Assembly (NCBI GenBank): GCA_905371865.1
Contig: CAJPNA010000001.1
Span: forward strand, 1-35,892
Reading direction: 5' to 3'
From: an uncultured Carnobacterium sp.
GTDB lineage: Bacteria; Bacillota; Bacilli; Lactobacillales; Aerococcaceae
Length of the DNA stretch: 35,892 nt
Below the pieces are notes generated by a model. It saw nothing but the letters and a program-made list of their open reading frames with translations, did not search any database and was not told the DNA's origin. The stretch's first letter is position 1; every line of letters begins with the position of its first letter. Shown piece by piece: positions 1 to 6,871 of the stretch. Position numbers and translations under genes: made by a program.

Positions 1-160
1 TATTTTTAGACCTCCGATGAAGATATTAATATTCAACATCCACAATTTCTGTCGGTAGCATGCTCTTTAAAACTTTTCTTCAAGGGAGATAGGTATACTC
101 TCTTAATTAGCATGAGAATAGCCTTTCATAACTAGGGCTCTTATTCTACTTTCTATAAAA

Positions 161-201
161 AAGATACTTAATTTACAGAAACGCTGTAAATTGAGTATCT
201 T
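161..201 (-). terminator. Long hairpin, probable intrinsic terminator of the accessory array
   Basis: AAGATACTTAATTTACAG-aaacg-CTGTAAATTGAGTATCTT: 18-bp arms with one mismatch; the A run at 157-162 gives a U tract on the minus strand. Confidence 0.6.
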
Positions 202-365
202 TATAAATTACATTTAAATTTCAATATAATAATTTTATCATTTATTTCTAATCACTAAAAGCACAAAATTACTCATATAACAATAGATTATCTCTTCAGT
301 TAACTGAAAATTGTAAATCCACCTATAGTTCTTTTATCGACTCTTCCTGAACCACAAACCAACTG

Positions 366-890
366 TTATACTCTCTCTTTGAACTCATCGAAGTATAGGA
401 CCTCGACTTGCCCAGACCAATCCAAGACACAGCCAACGAAGTCCACAAGGTCTAGCCCTGGCATTTCATAAGTGTCGCCGTCATTGACGCTGCCCGTTGC
501 ATCTTCAATGTAAGTCACCTTGTAGCCTCTGTCTGACGCGATAATGGCAGAAAATAAGCAGCAGTATTCCGCGTTCAATCCCGTAATCACCACTTCGTCT
601 ACCAGATGGTTCGCAAGAATCTCCTTCAACTCTTCACTCTGGAAAATATTTGGCGAGTCTTTCTCCACGATAAAATCCACATCCGCAGAAAGCTCTTCGT
701 CAAGCGCTCCTCGCTCGTCGCCATTATAAATAATACTTTCTTCATTCTCATCAATATGACGTGTATGAATAATGAGGTCTCCGCTCTCCTTGAACATCTC
801 TTGTAACTTCAAAATATTCTCTTTAAGCGGGTCAAAATTCCCTCTAGCTAACATTCCTTTTTGACAATCTAAAACAATTAATGCTTTCAC
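366..890 (-). CDS. Isochorismatase/cysteine hydrolase family protein
   Basis: N-terminal ALIVLDCQ, K-x-S-x-x-x-F, VVITGLNAEYCC and EDAT motifs; GTG start with AAAGGAG RBS. Confidence 0.9.
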   Translation of the reverse strand: MKALIVLDCQKGMLARGNFDPLKENILKLQEMFKESGDLIIHTRHIDENEESIIYNGDERGALDEELSADVDFIVEKDSPNIFQSEELKEILANHLVDEVVITGLNAEYCCLFSAIIASDRGYKVTYIEDATGSVNDGDTYEMPGLDLVDFVGCVLDWSGQVEVLYFDEFKERV

Positions 891-946
891 TTATGGTGCT
901 CCTTTAATTTTAATCGGACAACTATGTCACTCTCTCGCAACATCCT

Positions 947-1513
947 TTAGTTTAACGATTGAAGCTCTTCTTTCACATATCCCTCTACATCTTCAACCTC
1001 TACAAACAGCGGATCTAAGTGACTCAAGAAGTGCCAATCTTCGGAGCCTCGTTTTCTGTAAAGAATCGCTTCGCCATCTTCACTTCCGAAAAAGCTTCTG
1101 TCGACTTCATATCCATTGCGCTCTAAGAAGTTTTTTGCCTTGCAGAAGTTTGCTTCTCTGGATTCGACATAAGCTTTCACTTCATCGTTATTCACGACAT
1201 AAGCATCGATTTTTGTAGCTACTTCGATCATTTTATCGTTTTTAACGGATAGATTCGAAATTTCTTTCCAAATAATGTCCACATTTTCCTCAGGATTAAA
1301 CGAAAATCTAGATAAAGGGACAATATTTCCATTAAAGACAATTTCCATATAATCCGACAAGTGTTTAGGATTTACATACTCCACTTCAAAACCATCTTCG
1401 TTTTCTAAAGTATATCCTGGGATTTGAGCGACAAAGGCTTTCCCTTCTTCTAAAGTCTCAAACGCGACAAAATCCTTTTGATAATCACCTTGATACAATT
1501 CCAATATAACCAT
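947..1513 (-). CDS. Conserved hypothetical protein (streptococcal accessory type)
   Basis: 188-aa ORF with AAGGAGG RBS; no recognisable catalytic motif. Confidence 0.8.
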   Translation of the reverse strand: MVILELYQGDYQKDFVAFETLEEGKAFVAQIPGYTLENEDGFEVEYVNPKHLSDYMEIVFNGNIVPLSRFSFNPEENVDIIWKEISNLSVKNDKMIEVATKIDAYVVNNDEVKAYVESREANFCKAKNFLERNGYEVDRSFFGSEDGEAILYRKRGSEDWHFLSHLDPLFVEVEDVEGYVKEELQSLN

Positions 1514-1699
1514 CGATAACCCTCCTTAAGCTTTTTCGTTCTAAACATTATTATGCTGCAGTCAATTATCATGAAACAAGCGCTCACGATGTACATCCAG
1601 TAGACCTGCCTTCATGAGGAACCCTATCTATCTATAATCCTTTAAAAGATACGTAGAGGCTTTCGCAACAACGGATCAGATAGAAGAAAGAGTAGTTGC

Positions 1700-2206
1700 T
1701 TACTTACGATACTCCTCTATTTTATGGCTATGTTCTTTCAGAAGGTTTTTGGAATAAACTTTTTCATTTTTTGAATCTCGAACTTCCCTCCAAAGGATCG
1801 CTCCATAATAAATTTTAATCATATCTTGAATCGTGAATTTTAGATCATGATTCCTTTTTACTTTTCTCCAAGCGGTTGCCATATCCGCATTAAATTTAAA
1901 GGGACTAACCCCTGTTACCGCAGCAAAATAATCTCTAAACTTCTGGTTAAAAGAAAACCCACAGTTCAGGAGCGGAGTCTCTAAAGTGATTACTTCAGAT
2001 TGAGTTTTGAGACTTTTCCTCACAGATTTCTCTATTTTATTTCCCTGAAAATACTGTTCAATTATAAAAGTCAATTCTTTCTTCGTACCTCTGTACTCTA
2101 AACCAAGAGACTTACAAATTTGGAAAAGTTCCTCTCGATACCAATAGTATTGGTTAAATTTTTCAAATGATTTGATTTCTTTAAAACTAGGTCTATTTTC
2201 CGCCAA
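1700..2206 (-). CDS. SAP-domain/DUF6434-like protein, probably with an in-frame internal deletion
   Basis: YYWYREEL..ICKSLGL..GTK.EL and CGFSFN..FR.YF motifs; TTG start at 2206 follows GGAGGT, so the 2254 start in the ORF track is unlikely. Confidence 0.75.
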   Translation of the reverse strand: MAENRPSFKEIKSFEKFNQYYWYREELFQICKSLGLEYRGTKKELTFIIEQYFQGNKIEKSVRKSLKTQSEVITLETPLLNCGFSFNQKFRDYFAAVTGVSPFKFNADMATAWRKVKRNHDLKFTIQDMIKIYYGAILWREVRDSKNEKVYSKNLLKEHSHKIEEYRK

Positions 2207-2227
2207 ACCATCACCTCCACCCTTCAA

Positions 2228-2260
2228 ATCTACGACAATAACATCAATTCGCATGCCCTC
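2228..2260 (-). other. Short rlmD-like coding remnant (EGMRIDVIVVD)
   Basis: 8/11 aa and 22/33 nt match rlmD 5333-5365 (EGIQPDVIVVD); mismatches mostly at third codon positions. Confidence 0.5.
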
Positions 2261-2291
2261 TCAAAGTATGGTCATACGGCTATATATACGA

Positions 2292-3116
2292 TTATTTGAT
2301 TACAACGAATTCTTCCCATCGTCTGAGCACATCTTTTAAAGGCTCATCTAGATAGGTATAAACCTTGTCTGTGATCCAATCAGGAATCCCATAAGCTGCC
2401 TCTGCGATACTTCCTGTGATTGCAGCAAGAGTGTCGCTGTCCCCACCAAGAGAAATCGCATTTCGAATCGCATCTTCAAAATCTGTACTTTCTAGAAAAG
2501 CAACGATCGCCTGAGGAACCGTATCCTGACACGTTTCATTGAAACGGTACGTAGGACGAATTTCATCCAGCGTTTTAGAAAGGTCATATCCATACTCTTT
2601 CTCGATGTGTTCCTTAATGAGTCTTTTAATCTCCGCAGGATTATCACTACCATCACCACCAAAGTAATAACGGCACATAAAAATCGCATCCGCTGTAGCC
2701 ATCGCTCCTTTGATTCCTTCTGGATGGTTATGAGTCACCTCTGAAGAAAGTTGCGCATGACGTCTCCCCTCGGACGGTAACTCGCCTGTTGTGGCATCCA
2801 TGACCCAAGCACACGGAGAAACACGCATCGCTGAACCATTTCCAAAACTATTGTAAGGTTCACGGTTGTCGGTCATAAGCCACCGGTTAAACCTGGCACC
2901 GTAATCCGCATTTGGATACCTTCTGCCGTACTTCTTCATAGCATCAATGAAGTCATCCTTCTGACCACCATTCATGATGGCTTCTGCCACAGCACAGGTC
3001 ATCACCGTGTCATCTGTGAAAAAACAATCGTCCCTAAACAAGGAAAAATCCTTCGTTTTAATATTGTTCCATTCATAAACAGAACCCACAATATCTCCTA
3101 CAATTGCTCCTAACAT
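2292..3116 (-). CDS. ADP-ribosylglycohydrolase (ARH/DraG family)
   Basis: GAIVGDIVGS, TDDT, NSFGNGSAMR, THNHP and GGDSDT motifs; AAGGAGG RBS. Confidence 0.95.
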   Translation of the reverse strand: MLGAIVGDIVGSVYEWNNIKTKDFSLFRDDCFFTDDTVMTCAVAEAIMNGGQKDDFIDAMKKYGRRYPNADYGARFNRWLMTDNREPYNSFGNGSAMRVSPCAWVMDATTGELPSEGRRHAQLSSEVTHNHPEGIKGAMATADAIFMCRYYFGGDGSDNPAEIKRLIKEHIEKEYGYDLSKTLDEIRPTYRFNETCQDTVPQAIVAFLESTDFEDAIRNAISLGGDSDTLAAITGSIAEAAYGIPDWITDKVYTYLDEPLKDVLRRWEEFVVIK

Positions 3117-3160
3117 ATATATTCCTCCTTATAAAAATACCCATTATAAATTTACTTTAC

Positions 3161-3260
3161 TTATGAATCAGATTGCACAAGCAGTGATACCGACTCAACG
3201 TGAAACGAGCGAATACTAAGTATGCCATGTAGTCTTGTCTGTATATGGAAACATATCCAC
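3161..3260 (-). mobile_element. Interrupted second copy of the rlmD 3' end (att-like scar)
   Basis: 3168-3202 matches rlmD 5121-5155 at 30/35; 3246-3260 matches 5165-5179 at 14/15; reads VDMFPYT..[34 extra bp]..HVESVSLLVQSDS*. Confidence 0.8.
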
Positions 3261-3265
3261 ATACT

Positions 3266-3296
3266 TTTTAACGATAACCTTATGCTATCGTTAAAA
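3266..3296. repeat. Inverted repeat abutting the rlmD-like scar (terminator or att arm)
   Basis: TTTTAACGATA-9 nt-TATCGTTAAAA. Confidence 0.55.
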
Positions 3297-3307
3297 GATA
3301 TTACCTC

Positions 3308-3325
3308 GACAAACTGGAAATTGAC
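3308..3325 (-). repeat. Cassette-junction motif copy
   Basis: Minus strand tcAATTTCCAGTTTgtc. Confidence 0.55.
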
Positions 3326-3365
3326 GAATTACTGTCAACCTTATTAATCCATGTTCCCCCAAAAC

Positions 3366-3809
3366 TTATGAGCAATTTTCCAAGTATTTTCTTCGATTCT
3401 TTCTTATATTAGCAATAATAACCACTGCAATTGCAAAAAACTCAATTATAAGTTCTGCCGTGAATAGCCTCAAATATTTGGGTGTATCTGGCTTTAAATT
3501 CAAAAAATATTGTTGTATTTTATCACTTTCAGCAACATTAAATGTGTCATCAAATTCTTCGTGTTTCTCTCCAACTGCGTCATATATATCCAAAGAATAG
3601 CCATCTGGAAAGCCTTGCTGATAAACAATCTTACTAACATTATATTCAATGTGAAAATATTCTTTTACACTTTCTACTATATAGTCATCTTGATTTGTAA
3701 CAAATATGCTTCTTTTCGGAAACAAAAAATCAGGTGACATAAGCCACAAGGTATATACATCGATTACTATGAACAGAACCGACATCAAGATGAATACTGC
3801 TTTCCTCAT
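3366..3809 (-). CDS. Hypothetical membrane protein with two TM segments
   Basis: Hydrophobic N- and C-terminal segments, basic tail; very AT-rich. Confidence 0.75.
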   Translation of the reverse strand: MRKAVFILMSVLFIVIDVYTLWLMSPDFLFPKRSIFVTNQDDYIVESVKEYFHIEYNVSKIVYQQGFPDGYSLDIYDAVGEKHEEFDDTFNVAESDKIQQYFLNLKPDTPKYLRLFTAELIIEFFAIAVVIIANIRKNRRKYLENCS

Positions 3810-3812
3810 ACA

Positions 3813-3920
3813 CTAATCACTTCCATACAATTTTATGTCCAGAGCGGCGCTTCGATGCTCTGCGTCGATTTCATAAAACGATTCTCCGCAGTATTTCCCG
3901 TCTTCGAAATAAGTAAGTGT
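3813..3920 (-). pseudogene. Internal fragment of a probable GNAT acetyltransferase gene
   Basis: Startless frame TLTYFEDGKYCGESFYEIDAEHRSAALDIKL, resembling RimJ/L-type GNAT strands; in-frame stop upstream. Confidence 0.5.
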
Positions 3921-3945
3921 CTTAAAACAGTTTAATGTTCAGTTA

Positions 3946-3962
3946 GACAAACCGGGATTTAG
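3946..3962 (-). repeat. Cassette-junction motif copy overlapping the GNAT stop codon
   Basis: Minus strand ctAAATCCCGGTTTgtc; the TAA stop is part of the motif. Confidence 0.6.
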
Positions 3963-4402
3963 AAAGATCTCCGCAAATAAATCATGTCTACCAACTGAAT
4001 GCCACCTTCATATATTGGATGGTCATAATTGTCTGTAAAGAAGTTCGGAGCGATATGTGATCGCACAAACCCACACTTTTCATAAAACGGAATCGTCATT
4101 GGACTATCGCCCGTTCCTACCTGCAGGGCAGAATACTCTTCTCTGTATTTCGTGATAAGAAAATCAATCATAGCTTTCGCGTAACCTTTGCCTTGATATT
4201 CCGGAACTGTCGCAATATTCTTAATTTCAAGTACGCCATTTTCCACATCGATTACAACACACTCACATTTAATACCATTATCATCAAGTACATACATTTT
4301 ACCCTTATCAATATAACGGTCTATCATATCCTCCTGCTCATCTGCCAATAATAGCAACTCAATATAATTTTTTTTATTTTCCATAACCTCTATGATTTCC
4401 AT
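3959..4402 (-). CDS. GNAT family N-acetyltransferase
   Basis: LLLLADEQ, EIKNIATVPEYQGKGY (motif A), FYEKCGF; ATG at 4402. Confidence 0.92.
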   Translation of the reverse strand: MEIIEVMENKKNYIELLLLADEQEDMIDRYIDKGKMYVLDDNGIKCECVVIDVENGVLEIKNIATVPEYQGKGYAKAMIDFLITKYREEYSALQVGTGDSPMTIPFYEKCGFVRSHIAPNFFTDNYDHPIYEGGIQLVDMIYLRRSF

Positions 4403-4440
4403 CAACAACCCACTTCTTAAAATATTTATTGTTATTATTG

Positions 4441-4600
4441 TTTCGCAAATAATTTATAAACTCGATTTTAGCATTCTACGGGTTCAATGATTTGTAATCA
4501 AATCCAATGATTTCAAAGCTGTCATCAAAAATTGTTTATAGTGATTAGCTTCTTCTGCATTACCACCCTTACCATGAACATATATAACGGCATTTTTCAT
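4441..4600 (-). pseudogene. Truncated alpha/beta-hydrolase pseudogene
   Basis: GGAG RBS, MKNAVIYVHGKGGNAEEANHYKQF, frameshift in a T5 run, then DDSFEIIGFDYKSLNP*NAKIEFINY, then truncation. Confidence 0.7.
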
Positions 4601-4613
4601 TCAAATCTTCTCC

Positions 4614-4629
4614 ACAAATTCGAATTTGA
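4614..4629 (-). repeat. Cassette-junction motif copy (perfect 14-bp palindrome)
   Basis: CAAATTCGAATTTG at 4615-4628, between the TfoX-N stop and the next RBS. Confidence 0.6.
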
Positions 4630-4950
4630 TTATTTCTTTTTCTTCGGTTTTGGTGCAGGTAACTCATCATACATTGAATTGAATAAGCCGGTTAAAAATT
4701 CTTTGTTGTCAACATCATCTACCAATAACATTTCCTTTGCTCCGTCATACGGCAACTCATATTTTGAATTTGGCATATATGCTATTGCAGATTTAACAGG
4801 CTTCACTAAAAATCTATCATCATAAATCCCACCAACAATTTTTCCACGATAATAAACGATATATTCGCCCATCATTGATCTATATGTTATTTCTTCCAAT
4901 TCGGATAATTGTTCTAAAATGAAATCTAAATACTCTTTACTTGAAGCCAT
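4630..4950 (-). CDS. TfoX/Sxy N-terminal domain protein
   Basis: MASSKEYLDFILEQL, R.MMGEY..Y..GKIVGGIYDDRFLVK, PYDGAK; GGAGGGG RBS. Confidence 0.92.
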   Translation of the reverse strand: MASSKEYLDFILEQLSELEEITYRSMMGEYIVYYRGKIVGGIYDDRFLVKPVKSAIAYMPNSKYELPYDGAKEMLLVDDVDNKEFLTGLFNSMYDELPAPKPKKKK

Positions 4951-4962
4951 AATCTACCCCTC

Positions 4963-4979
4963 CAAAATTTGCATTTGTC
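4963..4979 (-). repeat. Cassette-junction motif copy upstream of the first array gene
   Basis: Minus strand acAAATGCAAATTTtg, running into the GGAGGGG RBS. Confidence 0.5.
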
Positions 4980-5104
4980 TACACCGTTTTAATACTTATA
5001 TTAGATTAATATGTTGGGCATTCCTTTTGCACTAGCACGCAGCTAATCACTCTTCACCTTCCTCGTTTTCTTGGGTGTACATTGCATGGGTCGAACATCT
5101 ACTT

Positions 5105-6472
5105 CTACTTCGCTGATGCCTCAGCTCGTACAAGCAGTGATACCGCCTCAACATGCGCGGTCATTGGGAACATATCCACGGGTTGCACGTACTGCGCAAT
5201 GTATCCACGTTCCTTGAAGTGGACAAGGTCACGAGCAAGCGTTGCTGGGTTACAGCTGACGTACACGATACGTTCAGGACCAGTGGCACACGCTGCTTCG
5301 ATAAAGGCAAGGTCGAGCCCTTTGCGCGGTGGATCCACCACAATGACATCTGGCTGGATTCCTTCTTCCTTCCAGCGGGGCATGATTTTCTCAGCCGCAC
5401 CCGTTTCAAAGTGCACATTCGTCACACCGTTTAGTTTCGCATTTTCCTTCGCCATTACAATCGCATCATCCACGATTTCCATGGCATAGACTTTCTTGGC
5501 ATCGCGGGCAAAAGCCAAACTCATAGTTCCGATTCCGCAATACGCATCCACGACCGTCTCGCCACCCTTCAAGTCTGCAGCGTCAATCGCCTGTTGATAG
5601 AGCACTTCGGTTTGCACGGTATTCACTTGGAAGAACGAACGCGCGCTAATCTTGAACGTGAATTCGAACAACTTTTCTTCGTACACGTCTTCCCCGAATA
5701 GCACTTTCGTCTCACGTCCCATGATGACATTCGTTGGTTTCGGTTGGATATTTTGCACGATAGACACCACTTCCGGATAAGCCGTTGTAATATCTCTGAC
5801 AATTGCATCAGCTTGCGGTAACACTTTTGTTCTCGTCACGAAAATAATCATCACTTGCTTCGTACGGAGTCCGCGTCGCACGATAATATGCTTCAAGTCG
5901 CCAGTATGGTTCGCTTCATCATACGCCACTACTGGATACTTTCTTAAAATATCACGCACGGCCACAATCAAGCGGTCGATTTCAGGGTCTTGAATATGGA
6001 AGTCTTCAATTGGAATTAAGTCATGCGAGTTCTTCTTGAAGAAGCCTGTCGTCAATTGACCGTCCACTGTACGCACTGGAATTTGCGCCTTGTTTCGGTA
6101 GCCCAGCGCACGCTCCATTCCAAGCGCCCTACGCACTTCTAATTTTGGCATCTTCGCGATTTTCGTTATCACATTTTTCACTTGTTGCTGCTTGAAGGCA
6201 AGCTGACTCTCGTAAATCATATGTTGCAACGGCATTGTTCCCACACGTGTTCCGAGGGCGTCTTTGACCTCCACACGTTTCGAGCTCACTTCCAGCCACT
6301 CCTCCACACGCGCATAGCCATAGCTTTTTCCAATCTTCATCGTCTTCACACGAACAACTTCTCCGGGAATACTATTTTCAATAAATAGAGGGAACCCTTC
6401 AACTTTCCCAACCCCAAGTCCTTCATGCGTTAAATCTTCAATGGTTACTGTATAATATTCGTTTTTCTTCAT
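5105..6472 (-). CDS. rlmD: 23S rRNA (uracil-5)-methyltransferase RlmD/RumA
   Basis: TRAM N-terminus, SFFQVN, VDAYCGIG, VVDPPRKG, YVSCNPATLARD, VDMFP; start MKKNEYY at 6472 after GGAGG. Confidence 0.97.
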   Translation of the reverse strand: MKKNEYYTVTIEDLTHEGLGVGKVEGFPLFIENSIPGEVVRVKTMKIGKSYGYARVEEWLEVSSKRVEVKDALGTRVGTMPLQHMIYESQLAFKQQQVKNVITKIAKMPKLEVRRALGMERALGYRNKAQIPVRTVDGQLTTGFFKKNSHDLIPIEDFHIQDPEIDRLIVAVRDILRKYPVVAYDEANHTGDLKHIIVRRGLRTKQVMIIFVTRTKVLPQADAIVRDITTAYPEVVSIVQNIQPKPTNVIMGRETKVLFGEDVYEEKLFEFTFKISARSFFQVNTVQTEVLYQQAIDAADLKGGETVVDAYCGIGTMSLAFARDAKKVYAMEIVDDAIVMAKENAKLNGVTNVHFETGAAEKIMPRWKEEGIQPDVIVVDPPRKGLDLAFIEAACATGPERIVYVSCNPATLARDLVHFKERGYIAQYVQPVDMFPMTAHVEAVSLLVRAEASAK

Positions 6473-6474
6473 TT

Positions 6475-6532
6475 CTGTTCCTCCAGAGTTTATCACGTCT
6501 ATTATACCGTCTTTTAGTGGAAATAAAAAGGC
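6475..6532 (-). repeat. 58-bp direct repeat copy 1 (rlmD promoter and RBS)
   Basis: Identical to 8975-9032; contains TATAAT (6501-6506, minus) and GGAGG. Confidence 0.95.
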
Positions 6533-6578
6533 TACTTCAACAAGAGTCAGAGTAGCCAAATGTAGCTGCTGTTTAAAA

Positions 6579-6637
6579 GGTTTTATAATTTTTAGGGTTG
6601 GTGGAAAAATTCCATCAACCCTAAAAATTATAAAACC
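6579..6637. repeat. 59-bp near-perfect palindrome
   Basis: 28-bp arms GGTTTTATAATTTTTAGGGTTG(G/A)TGGAA with one mismatch and a 3-nt loop. Confidence 0.9.
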
Positions 6638-6736
6638 CAATAAAAGTGCTTAAAAGAAATGCCTATGGCTTTAGAAACTATTACCATTTTAGAAACAGGA
6701 TTATTTTAATAACAAAAATGTTTGGCCCAAAACAAA

Positions 6737-6771
6737 AAGGAATTAAGCAACAATTAGTTGCTTAATCCCTT
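6737..6771 (-). terminator. Intrinsic terminator-like hairpin
   Basis: ATTAAGCAAC-aatta-GTTGCTTAAT with a flanking A run. Confidence 0.55.
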
Positions 6772-6820
6772 TCTAAAATTCTTCATCAACACTATTTGAC
6801 AAAGAGGCCTTAAAACAAAG

Positions 6821-6855
6821 AGGGCAGACGAGTCAATGAGAGGCCGGTCTGCCCT
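6821..6855 (-). terminator. Hairpin after the LPXTG gene
   Basis: AGGGCAGAC...GTCTGCCCT followed by CTTTGTTTT on the minus strand. Confidence 0.6.
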
Positions 6856-6871
6856 ACATGTAGACATTCGC

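Noticed and set aside
1615..1680. Possible further RlmD-like remnant (SVVAKASTYLLKDYR)
   Set aside because: Similarity to TLARDL..Y is too weak and needs a frameshift
3146..3160. ATAAATTTACTTTAC (and ATAAATTACATTTA at 203-216) as junction motifs
   Set aside because: Wrong spacing and almost all AT; expected by chance
4456..4471. ATAAACTCGATTTTAG resembling the junction motif
   Set aside because: Lies inside the hydrolase pseudogene (codons AKIEFI); explainable by coding sequence
6473..6640. N-terminal extension of RlmD in the ORF track
   Set aside because: Runs through the promoter and palindrome; a strong RBS supports the start at 6472
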